This document shows, in pieces, positions 31,236 to 39,941 of a stretch of 64,000 nucleotides of DNA (its first letter is position 1; each line of letters starts with the position of its first letter). The position numbers and the translations under genes are program-made. This DNA comes from Kiritimatiellia bacterium (GTDB lineage Bacteria > Verrucomicrobiota > Kiritimatiellia > RFP12 > UBA1067): positions 31,924-95,923 of the forward strand of contig JAFTCL010000083.1 in the NCBI GenBank assembly GCA_017454745.1, read 5' to 3'. The notes beneath the pieces are model-generated. The model saw nothing but the letters and a program-made list of their open reading frames with translations. It searched no databases and had not been told where the DNA came from.

Positions 31236-31264
31236 TTGACGCGTGAATGTCAAAATGTTATCCT
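31236..31264 (+). promoter_or_regulatory. Putative promoter of the ybjQ operon with overlapping TTGAC-N8-GTCAA palindrome
   Basis: TTGACG-N17-TATCCT with TG extended -10. Confidence 0.5.
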
Positions 31265-31346
31265 TGTTTCCGGTTATGAGTTTTGGGTTTCGTCTTGCCG
31301 CCGTTGTGGCGGAAGGCCGCGTTAAAAAGCTTTGGAGGTTACAGCC

Positions 31347-31670
31347 ATGTTTGTTGTCAATACCGATTCCATCCCTGGGTTCCGGATTGTTGAGATTAAG
31401 GGACTGGTTCAAGGGAACACCGTTCGCGCCAAGCATATCGGGCGGGATCTTGCCGCCGGAATTAAAAACATTGTTGGCGGCGAGCTGAAGGGATACACCG
31501 AGTTGCTTACCGAATCCCGGCGCGAGGCAACCGTGAGAATGATGGAACAGGCCAAGCAACTTGGCGCGAACGCGATTCTTAACGTCCGCTTCTCCACCAG
31601 TGCGATCACCGCCGGTGCCTCCGAGATTATGGCTTACGGAACCGCCGCGACCGTCGCCCCGTTAAACTGA
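31347..31670 (+). CDS. YbjQ (UPF0145) family protein
   Basis: GLVQGNTVRAKHIGRDLAAGIKNIVGGELKGYTELL and GANAILNVRF; RBS GGAGG. Confidence 0.93.
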   Translation: MFVVNTDSIPGFRIVEIKGLVQGNTVRAKHIGRDLAAGIKNIVGGELKGYTELLTESRREATVRMMEQAKQLGANAILNVRFSTSAITAGASEIMAYGTAATVAPLN

Positions 31671-31709
31671 CCTTGATTACGAGCAAGTTAAAAAGAAAGG
31701 CGGTTTCGC

Positions 31710-32237
31710 GTGATACAAACTGATTCTGAAGCCACCACTGCTCTTATCATCACATTTCTGCAGATTGGTCTTCCGATTCTTTTGCTCTTTATTTGGTGGA
31801 GCGTGGGCATGGTGATTGAGAAGAAGCACCTTAAGAGCCTTCTCGCCCGGGAATCGAAGATCGGCGATATCCAGCTGACTAACCTTAAGGGGTTCTCTGC
31901 GTCCGTCAATCCCGCTCATCCGGTGGCGTTGGTCTGTGGCGAGGTCGCTATTGCCAGCGACGCATTCAAACGTTTCGTTTTCGGTTTTCGGAACATATTT
32001 GGCGGCGAATCGGCCTACTACTGCCGGTTGTTTGCCCGTGCCCGGCGGGAGGCGCTGTTACGGATGATCGATCAGGCCAAATCGTTGGGGTATGACGCTA
32101 TCTGCAACATCCGGTTTGATTCTTCTGACATTGGCGGCAACGCGGCTGGCGCTGGGAAGAAAAAGAACATGGATATGGCGGTCTGCATGGTCTCGGGTAC
32201 GGCGTACTTTCGCGCCAGAAATGAGGAAAATGCTTGA
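31710..32237 (+). CDS. Membrane-anchored YbjQ-family protein
   Basis: N-terminal TM; FRNIFGGE, RARREALLRM and DAICNIRFD. Confidence 0.85.
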   Translation: MIQTDSEATTALIITFLQIGLPILLLFIWWSVGMVIEKKHLKSLLARESKIGDIQLTNLKGFSASVNPAHPVALVCGEVAIASDAFKRFVFGFRNIFGGESAYYCRLFARARREALLRMIDQAKSLGYDAICNIRFDSSDIGGNAAGAGKKKNMDMAVCMVSGTAYFRARNEENA

Positions 32238-32939
32238 TTCGTTCACCAGCCCGAGAGATGTCGCTGAAGAGCCGGCGCTTGCCGGTTCGTCGGGGGAGAC
32301 GTCGTTCGATGCCGACACAGTATCGGCGGTGAACCGGCCCTGGCGGAAAACGCGCTTGCCCAAGCGGCACTAAAGGACCACGCCGTAAAGATCGCCGAGC
32401 AGTGGCGGCAGTCCGAATCCGTGCCGCAAGCGGCACTAATCTTCAAGATGTTGTGCTGTTCGGGGCTTTTGGCCATACTTTGCGCTTTTTTCGGCGAGAT
32501 TCGCAATTCGTCGTCGCTGGTTTTCTTTTCGACGGTTCTCATTGCCCCGACGGTGGAGGAATTCGGCAAGATTCTGATTCCTCTGATGACTCTGGAAAAA
32601 CGCCCTTGGCGGTTTTCCAGTGACAACGCCATTATGGCGGTATGCCTGATGTCGGGGTTCACCTTTGCCTTTATCGAGAACCTGCTATATTTATTAATTT
32701 ATATCCCTAAAGACCAGCTTACCGCCGGGATCGTCGCTTTTCGGTTGACGGCCTGCACCGCGCTGCACATGGCCGGTACTGCAATATCGGGGTACGGGTT
32801 GTCCCGTTGCTGGCGGCGTGCGCATGACGCGCAAACCGAGGCCGATTTAGTCCCGGCGATGCGCTGGATTATCGCCGCCGTGGTTTTACATGGAATTTTC
32901 AACGCCGGTGCGATAGTTTACTCAATTATAAAACATTGA
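32230..32939 (+). pseudogene. PrsW-family glutamic intramembrane protease with apparent -1 frameshift near 32292-32318 (or an intact gene with a sequencing indel)
   Basis: The C-terminal frame has EEFGK, FAFIEN, ALH and LHGIFN. The RBS-preceded ATG 32230 is in a different frame. An EPALA motif occurs once in each frame. Confidence 0.7.
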
Positions 32940-33102
32940 GCCAGTTGCAAAACCCCTCTGATTCCGCAAGGTCATGGTTTGCTTTCGCTGCTGGGAGAAA
33001 AGGAGTCTTGGAGTTTCGGAGATTTTTTGAAGTTTTCTCCAGATCTCCAAAACTCCTAGCCTCCAAGTAGCGAAAGCAAGAAGAAGTTTTGCAATTGCTT
33101 CA
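32937..33102. mobile_element. MITE/REP-like nested inverted-repeat element
   Basis: Three nested IR pairs: 32942-32953/33086-33097, 32979-32996/33062-33079 and 33001-33022/33036-33057. Confidence 0.6.
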
Positions 33103-33117
33103 TTTTTTTATTTGGCC

Positions 33118-33147
33118 TTGACAATCCCAGCACAATCGGTATACCAT
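33118..33147 (+). promoter_or_regulatory. Putative sigma70 promoter
   Basis: TTGACA-N18-TACCAT upstream of the large CDS. Confidence 0.5.
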
Positions 33148-33179
33148 TTAACATAATGAGTAATTAAGTAAGAGTGTCT

Positions 33180-36100
33180 ATGAAAAATGTGGTTAGGTTT
33201 TGTTTTTGTGTGGTTTTATTTACAGTTGCGCCGGCGGCATTTGCATCGGCGCAGTCGCTTGACGGCTTTATAGAATCCTTCCGCGCCGCGCAGGTGTCGG
33301 CGCCCATGGTGCGCGACGGCGCCAGGCTCACCGTGCCCGCCGGGGTCGTCCGCGCCGACGTGGGCGACGGCTCTTGGCCGCAGGACGCCCTCTCCATTCC
33401 CGCCGTGAGGCTCCCCGACGGCACCGCCGCCCGACGGTTTCTGGTCTGGCAGGACCCGGGGACCGGCGCGGTCATGATGTCCGGCGGCGACGGCGCGACC
33501 CCCTTCGCCATCGCCGACGCGGGGATCGGGCAGGCCGACCTTCTGGCCGCCCGCTACGGTACCTCCGACCCGTCGCGCCTCCGGTCGCTGGCCGCCCGCT
33601 GCGCCGGCAGGCTGTCGCCGTCGCGAGTGGTTTGGTCGGGCTTTATCTCCGGCGAGTATCCCGCCCCGCTTCGTTCACCCCAGAACCCTTTGGGCGACCC
33701 GCGGAGCCTGCCCTACGACACCGTGCCGGGCGGATTGGCGACACCGGACGGCTTTGAGTCCGCGCTGGTGCTGGCCGACACGGCCGGCGGCTTCCGGCAG
33801 TTCAAGTTCCCGTCAGGCGCATCTCTCCCCCAGATTGTCAGGCTCCCGTATTTCACCGTTTTCGTGGGGCTGGAAGGTCCCGGGCGCGTGTCCGGCTTCG
33901 GGCACGACCCGGACTGTTTCGACCCCTGCTGCGAGCCGGACGGCAATCCGCGGTTCGGCTGGATTTCCGCCCCTTCCAAGCCCGTCGGGGTTATCAAGGC
34001 CGCCGCAAGCGCCGGCAGCACGGTTTACCTGCTGGGTTCCAACGGCAGAGTCACCCAGTGGGGCGGACGGTTGGAGGCCGACGAGATGGGGACGCTCCCG
34101 TCAATGACCGGGGTGGTCGACGTTGTCGCCGGCTGCGGTTACGGGGCGGCTCTGCTGGACACCGGCCGGGTGCGGGCGTGGAGCGGCTCGCTCGACGGAT
34201 TCAACGGCACGCCGTCCGGTGTCACGGGCGCAACCGCCATAGCGGGCGGCGAGGACTTCTGCGTCGCGCTAACCTCCTCCGGGACCGCGAAATGCTGGGG
34301 GCCGTTCACCGCGCCGCCGTCCGCCACCGGCCTGGTCGCCGTGGCCGCCGGCTATTACGCGGTCGGGCTGCGCCAGAACGGCTCGGTCATGGCGTGGGAC
34401 CCGTGGGATGGGACCGCTATGCCGGTCCCCGGTATAACCGGTGCCTCGGTAATCGGTTGTGGCGGCGGAACCGGGGCCGCGCTCACGCCCGACGGTGTGG
34501 CGTTGTGGGACATTGCGACGGGCGTGGCACTTGACGTGCCGAGCGGGACCCGCGGCTTCGCCGCCGACCGGTCCGGCGTTTGGCTGTTCATGGGGGACGG
34601 CTCCGTGAGGCTTTACGGGGAAGACGTGCCGTATCTCGGCGCGATGCCGCAGTGGACGGCCGCCGACGGCTGCCGGGCCCTGGCCGCCTCCGAAATGTGG
34701 GGGGAGGGCGCTGTATACACGGTGACCGTGCTGGCCCTGCGCGGCGCGGCGGGCACAATCAACTCCGACGCCGACTGCGACGGCGCGCCGCTGGCCTCGG
34801 AACGGCTCGCGGGTTCCGACCCGGCCGACCCGGACACCGACGGTGACGGGATTCCAGACGGCGTGGAGATGGGGATGGCCCCGACACCGCTGTTCTGGCG
34901 CGGCGGGACGTCGTCGTTCCTGCCCGGCTTCCCGCCGGCGGTGTCGGCCCGCTCGACCGCCGGGCTGTCCGGGGCGGCGCTCTGCGGCGGCGGGGTGTGG
35001 CTGTGCGGCTCTTCCGGGCTGGAGGAGCTGCTGCCGCCCCCGTCGGTTACCGGCCTGGCCGCCACTGCCACCGGGACGCTCGGCGGCCTGGCCGCTGACG
35101 GCGGGTTTCTGGCGTGGCGGGCCGACGGCGCGTCGGCCCTGCTGCCGGGCCTCGGCCTGGCGGCGGTCTCCGGCGGCTACCGCCACTTCCTCGGGATCAA
35201 CGGCTCCGGGCGGCTCCTGTGCCTGGAGGAGACCCCGGGACAGGCGGTGCTGACCAACCGCACTGGCTCAACATTCGTCAGCTCCCTGTCTTCGTCGGTG
35301 AGCGCCGTGGCGGTGTCCGCCGGCGACGGGATCGACGCGGCGTTCCTCTCTGACGGCAAACTCAGGCTCGGCAGCGCGCTCGCCGCAAGCCAGTACTCCG
35401 ACCGCTCTGTGTGCGCCACGCAGATGCTGGACCAGGTCATCGCCGGGCCGGCGAGGTCCGCCGCGCTGCTCAAGACCAACGGTGCATATACGGTTTACCG
35501 CCGATCGTCCGACACCTCGACATCCTTCACCCCGCAAGCCTCCTCCGGTCCGCGTGGCGCGTTTTTAGGGCTACTCGGCGGCAGGGTCGCCGTCGTCCTG
35601 ACCAACGGGGTGGTGAAATCGTGCGCGAACGGGTCGACATCATGGTCCACGGCCTTCACCAACGCCGCGCTAACGTCGGCCCTGGCCGTGGACTGGACCT
35701 CCAACGCGGTCGCGGCGGTCAGCGCGAGCGGCGGCGTGTCCGCGGTTTGGGGAGCCGCGGCCATCCCGGCGGTCCCGTGGTGGTGGTCGTGGCGGGACGT
35801 GTCGCTCGACCCCGCCGACCCCTCGTCCGGCGCGGCGCTGCTCGCGGTGTCCACCAGCCCGACCGACCCGGACAGCGACGGCGACGGCTTCCCGGACGGC
35901 TGGGAGCTCGCAAACGGCTTTGACCCGCTAGACCCCGATTCCGCCCTGCCGGACTCTGACTCGGACGGCATACCAGACGAGTGGGAGGCCTTTTACGGCC
36001 TAGACCCCTCCAGCGCTGCGGACGCCGCCCTCGACCCTGACGCCGACGGGCTGACCAATTCCCAGGAATTCATCAATGGCACTAATCCAATTGACAGGGA

Positions 36101-38867
36101 TACGGATGTCGACGGTTACTCGGACGGCTGGGAGCTGGCAAACGGTTTTGACCCGCTAGACCCCGATTCCGCCCTGCCGGACTCCGACTCGGACGGCATG
36201 CCGGACGAGTGGGAGGTCTTTTACGGGTTCAATCCTGCCGACCCGTTGGACGCGGCTTTAGATCCGGATGAAGACGGCCTTTGCAATGCCGATGAGTACG
36301 ATGCTAATACAAATCCCTTTAACTCCGATACTGACGGAGATGGAATACCGGATGGCTGGGAATGTCTAAATGGTCTGAACCCGATTGACTGGTCAGATGT
36401 TTGCGGCGATCCGGATGGAGACGGGATACCAAATGTCTATGAGTGGTTTTACGACCGAAATCCGCTGGTAGCCGATGCGGAAAGTGTCAATAAAATTTGT
36501 GTCGGGGGAACGAATGCGGTGCAAACTCTTGAGGCGGCCTTGAGAGCGAGCAGCGCGTATTCTGTAATCGAAATCGCACCCGGTGTGTACTCCGGTAACG
36601 GGTGGTCAATGCAATGGCTTCCGTCGCATCCGGTGTTGATTACCACTCAGGACGGTGGGCGCGACCGCCGCGTTATAATCCGTCTCGGACAAAATTGCTT
36701 TGCCGGCATATTGCTTGACGAAAGGCAGACGGTTCACACCGTTATTCAGGGGCTTTGCATGGAGTTGTGCGCAACCAATGGGGTGCAGTCAGCGTTCTTT
36801 TGCGGGGGCAACGCGCCAACTACGGGACAGCCGGCATCAGGCATGTTCCGCAACATTTATGTCAAAATGAAGAATCCAAATGTGTATTATTACGGATGGC
36901 ATTTCCGCCATTTTGAGACAAATGAAGTGGTTATAGCGGGTTGCGTGATAGACGCTGGGGGCACCACAATAGCGCGGGGCATTCGCGCTGTTGACGGCCC
37001 CCCGATGAGTGTGGAAAATTGCACCTTCGTCAATTTCCCCCCGGACGCAAACGGAAACAGCGTGGGCATCCAATACGAATCGACTTCCCAAAACTATGGC
37101 GGGGCGCCAGACCCGATACCGCTTGAAGTGGTCAACTGTATTTTCGATGAATCATTCGCCAACGCCTACGCGATTGCGCCGTGCACCAACGGAGTGGCGT
37201 ATGATGTCACAGTACTGAATTGCATTGTCCCCTCTGAAAGCAGCATTTACGCCGGCTCGGTGAGCGGGTTGCTGGTTACCAACGCTTGCGTGTCGGCGTC
37301 CGGACACCTGCCGATCGACTCTCCGGCCAGAGGGATGGGTGTCCCGAGCCTGTTTTCACCGCTGGACATTGACGGCCAGTTGCGCGGGGATTCGCTCGAT
37401 ATCGGCGCAGACCGGTATTCCGCGGAACCGAAAGATACGGACGGAGACGGAGTCTCCGACTCCGACGAGGATTGGCTATACGGCAGCAACCCATTTTTCC
37501 CGGACACTGACGGTGACAACATGCCAGATGGAACAGAAATCCAGGACGGGACAAATCCTTCCGATTCTTCAAGCTACTGTTACAACTTGTCGGCAGAAGT
37601 TACAAGCTCGTTCAATTTGTTCCCGGAACTCGCCGTTGCTGTGTTTAACCAGTCATACAGCACGAACTCACCTATATCAACCGTCTTTCGCCCGGAACTA
37701 ACCGCCACCAACGTCTTTTACCCGAAACCAACCGCCACCAATTTCAATTTCGGGCATATCGTGCACTTGTCCTCAACAACGCCGCACGGCATCTGCCTAT
37801 GGTTGGACGCAAACACTAACGGTCTTTGCGATGTCGGGGAGTCCGCTCTTTGGGAGACAATAAAGCCAAAGGAACACGCAACCTCATTTAGTCTAAAAGT
37901 GCCAATGGTTTGGGAGGATGCGGACAGAGACAAGATTCTTGATCGCTGGGAACTTGCCAACGGTTTATGCCCGACAAACGCCGCCGACGCCTGGCAGGAC
38001 TGGGACGGCGACGGTCTCATCAACTTACACGAGTTTTGGACGAAGTGCAATCCTTCGGTTTACGACGGCACCAACTATGTACTTTCCGCTTTCGCCAAAT
38101 CGATTGACTCTAGAATTGCCGGCACGCAAACTGCCAACGCTTGGTACCGTTTTGTAAATTACCCCGACACAGAGCTGAACACAAACTGTTGGGCGTACGG
38201 CGCCGATTTTTCTTCGACCAGCGTTAAACAAAACTCTGCCGATCCGCATGCCTTTAATGTGACAGCCGTAAGTAAGCGCCATGTTCTCGGGGCAACGCAT
38301 TATAACTATCATGCAAGCTTGGGGACCGTTTATTACTTCTTGGGGACAAACAATGTGGTGTACACGCGTACCCTTGTTGCCACGAACTACATACCAAATG
38401 TGGATGTTATGGTAGGGCTCCTCGACGAAGATTTGCCCGACAGCGTTGTGCCGGCAAAGATTTTGCCCGAAAACTGGTATGAGTATATTGGGCCAGGATA
38501 CGGTTTGCCTACGGTGGTGTTTAACAAGTTTAGGCAGGCCGTCATAATGGATTTAAATTATTTGCCGCAGGAAAAAACGGTTTGTGCAAAAGGATTATTC
38601 CCTCAAAATGCCGACCGATTGTTTTACGCTGCGAGATTTATTGATGGTGATTCCAGCAATCCCCGATATTTGCTTTCGGGGAATGAGACGGTTTTGTTGC
38701 ATTTAATGTGGAGAGGCGAAGGCGGAGAAGGAACTTTTTTAACATTGCTAAAAAATGATATTCAGGCGCACATGAATCTCCTAATGCCGGGATATCAGTT
38801 GGAGGAATTTGACCTTTCGGCATGGGACAAACTGCCGGAATTTTGCGAACCGGACACAGGAGAATAA
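33180..38867 (+). CDS. Large secreted protein: RCC1/BLIP-II-like repeats, TSP3-like Ca-binding repeats, beta-helix, C-terminal trypsin-like protease
   Basis: Signal peptide; IAGGEDFCVALTSSGTAKCWG-type repeats; many DxDxDGxPDxWE repeats; DIDGQLRG..DIGAD motif; RHVLGATH, DVMVGLLD and DGDSSNP triad motifs. Confidence 0.8.
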   Translation: MKNVVRFCFCVVLFTVAPAAFASAQSLDGFIESFRAAQVSAPMVRDGARLTVPAGVVRADVGDGSWPQDALSIPAVRLPDGTAARRFLVWQDPGTGAVMMSGGDGATPFAIADAGIGQADLLAARYGTSDPSRLRSLAARCAGRLSPSRVVWSGFISGEYPAPLRSPQNPLGDPRSLPYDTVPGGLATPDGFESALVLADTAGGFRQFKFPSGASLPQIVRLPYFTVFVGLEGPGRVSGFGHDPDCFDPCCEPDGNPRFGWISAPSKPVGVIKAAASAGSTVYLLGSNGRVTQWGGRLEADEMGTLPSMTGVVDVVAGCGYGAALLDTGRVRAWSGSLDGFNGTPSGVTGATAIAGGEDFCVALTSSGTAKCWGPFTAPPSATGLVAVAAGYYAVGLRQNGSVMAWDPWDGTAMPVPGITGASVIGCGGGTGAALTPDGVALWDIATGVALDVPSGTRGFAADRSGVWLFMGDGSVRLYGEDVPYLGAMPQWTAADGCRALAASEMWGEGAVYTVTVLALRGAAGTINSDADCDGAPLASERLAGSDPADPDTDGDGIPDGVEMGMAPTPLFWRGGTSSFLPGFPPAVSARSTAGLSGAALCGGGVWLCGSSGLEELLPPPSVTGLAATATGTLGGLAADGGFLAWRADGASALLPGLGLAAVSGGYRHFLGINGSGRLLCLEETPGQAVLTNRTGSTFVSSLSSSVSAVAVSAGDGIDAAFLSDGKLRLGSALAASQYSDRSVCATQMLDQVIAGPARSAALLKTNGAYTVYRRSSDTSTSFTPQASSGPRGAFLGLLGGRVAVVLTNGVVKSCANGSTSWSTAFTNAALTSALAVDWTSNAVAAVSASGGVSAVWGAAAIPAVPWWWSWRDVSLDPADPSSGAALLAVSTSPTDPDSDGDGFPDGWELANGFDPLDPDSALPDSDSDGIPDEWEAFYGLDPSSAADAALDPDADGLTNSQEFINGTNPIDRDTDVDGYSDGWELANGFDPLDPDSALPDSDSDGMPDEWEVFYGFNPADPLDAALDPDEDGLCNADEYDANTNPFNSDTDGDGIPDGWECLNGLNPIDWSDVCGDPDGDGIPNVYEWFYDRNPLVADAESVNKICVGGTNAVQTLEAALRASSAYSVIEIAPGVYSGNGWSMQWLPSHPVLITTQDGGRDRRVIIRLGQNCFAGILLDERQTVHTVIQGLCMELCATNGVQSAFFCGGNAPTTGQPASGMFRNIYVKMKNPNVYYYGWHFRHFETNEVVIAGCVIDAGGTTIARGIRAVDGPPMSVENCTFVNFPPDANGNSVGIQYESTSQNYGGAPDPIPLEVVNCIFDESFANAYAIAPCTNGVAYDVTVLNCIVPSESSIYAGSVSGLLVTNACVSASGHLPIDSPARGMGVPSLFSPLDIDGQLRGDSLDIGADRYSAEPKDTDGDGVSDSDEDWLYGSNPFFPDTDGDNMPDGTEIQDGTNPSDSSSYCYNLSAEVTSSFNLFPELAVAVFNQSYSTNSPISTVFRPELTATNVFYPKPTATNFNFGHIVHLSSTTPHGICLWLDANTNGLCDVGESALWETIKPKEHATSFSLKVPMVWEDADRDKILDRWELANGLCPTNAADAWQDWDGDGLINLHEFWTKCNPSVYDGTNYVLSAFAKSIDSRIAGTQTANAWYRFVNYPDTELNTNCWAYGADFSSTSVKQNSADPHAFNVTAVSKRHVLGATHYNYHASLGTVYYFLGTNNVVYTRTLVATNYIPNVDVMVGLLDEDLPDSVVPAKILPENWYEYIGPGYGLPTVVFNKFRQAVIMDLNYLPQEKTVCAKGLFPQNADRLFYAARFIDGDSSNPRYLLSGNETVLLHLMWRGEGGEGTFLTLLKNDIQAHMNLLMPGYQLEEFDLSAWDKLPEFCEPDTGE
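35893..36226 (+). repeat. Intragenic 106-bp direct repeat (35893-35998 and 36121-36226)
   Basis: Copies are 228 bp apart with about 6 mismatches by eye; both encode DGWELANGFDPLDPDSALPDSDSDGxPDEWExFYG. Confidence 0.9.
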
Positions 38868-38880
38868 GGAGAAAAAGGAA

Positions 38881-39540
38881 ATGAAAAGATTATGCTTGAC
38901 GCTTGTGTTTCTATCGTTGTCAGTTATCGGTGCCAACGCAACATCTGTACTATGGGATGCTTTTGGCATTACTTATGTAGATGGAGAAACTACAACTATT
39001 GGCTACCATAACGGTAGTTTGGGGAGGGGAATCTGGCCGGAAGTGGGGTTGACGGTTGACAAAAGTAAGGTTAATATTACAATATCCCCCAATGATGTTG
39101 TCGTTGCCAACGCATCTTGCAATTGGCTTGTCGCTTCCGTTGGCGATGTCGTTTCGGAATCGACCACCAGACACCTCGACCCCAGCCAATATTTTCTGCA
39201 TATCACACTTGATGATGATTTTACAGACATGCACGCATATGACGGGTGGTTTATCACTGGTGATCCCATAACAGTAAGGCGGAACAGCATTTTTTACCTT
39301 ATGTTAGCCGCAGGGGATGTACACAGTATCTATGCTGATGAGAAGCAGAATGTGTATTATGGATGGGTGGAGGTTACGGTTTCGCCAATGGGGGAAATTG
39401 GCGTCGGCTCGTCCTGCATCAATCTGGACGGCGATCCTATAATCGTGGGGTATGATCTTGTCCCCGAGCCGGGGGTAACTGGCCTGTTGCTGTTCGGCCT
39501 TGCCGCGTTGGTTTTCCCCAGAAGGAAAATATTGCGCTGA
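38881..39540 (+). CDS. PEP-CTERM sorting-domain protein
   Basis: Signal peptide MKRLCLTLVFLSLSVIGANA; C-terminus VPEP-GVTGLLLFGLAALVF-PRRKILR; 13 nt after the large gene. Confidence 0.88.
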   Translation: MKRLCLTLVFLSLSVIGANATSVLWDAFGITYVDGETTTIGYHNGSLGRGIWPEVGLTVDKSKVNITISPNDVVVANASCNWLVASVGDVVSESTTRHLDPSQYFLHITLDDDFTDMHAYDGWFITGDPITVRRNSIFYLMLAAGDVHSIYADEKQNVYYGWVEVTVSPMGEIGVGSSCINLDGDPIIVGYDLVPEPGVTGLLLFGLAALVFPRRKILR

Positions 39541-39604
39541 CCCAATGGTTCCCGTCGAGTTATGGCGGATTTACCTCGGTTTGGCAGTTTGACCTGTCAA
39601 GTCC

Positions 39605-39721
39605 CCTGTAGCCGGTCGTTTCGCACACCCCGTCGAGAATCCGCCCGCGCTTGCCGGGACTCGATTCCGCATACATACTGCGTCTTGCCCCAACGTATTG
39701 ATTTGTTGCCATTCGTGACAT
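39605..39721 (-). pseudogene. Truncated transposase N-terminus
   Basis: AGGAGG RBS 7 nt before the ATG. MSRMATNQYVGARRSMYAESSPGKRGRILDGVCETTGYR resembles the KxRILDExxxxTGYxRKYAxRLL N-terminus of integrase-core (rve) transposases; similarity stops after GYR. Confidence 0.65.
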
Positions 39722-39853
39722 GTTCATGCCTCCTATGATACCATAAGTGTCCAATATTTGACGAACGGGTACGCCAAAATTCTACCGCCGCTATCAGAAG
39801 AGTGTCCATTATTACGACAAACTGCTGTTTCCTGTATTATGTTTTTTTCGCAT

Positions 39854-39882
39854 TTGACCGGGGTTGGCGGATGTGGTAAAAT
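39854..39882 (+). promoter_or_regulatory. Putative sigma70 promoter of gnd
   Basis: TTGACC-N17-TAAAAT with TG extended -10. Confidence 0.65.
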
Positions 39883-39941
39883 ATTGCCCGATTTTTTTAG
39901 GACACCTTATTGGTTTTGGTTCTGTTTTTGGAGCAAATGAA

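Noticed and set aside
35893-36226. DGR template/variable repeat pair
   Set aside because: No reverse transcriptase; the mismatches are not adenine-specific; both copies are in-frame within one gene.
32421-39540. PrsW acting as the sorting enzyme for the nearby PEP-CTERM protein
   Set aside because: PEP-CTERM processing is attributed to exosortases. prsW belongs to the ybjQ operon and is separated by the palindromic element, so adjacency is the only support.
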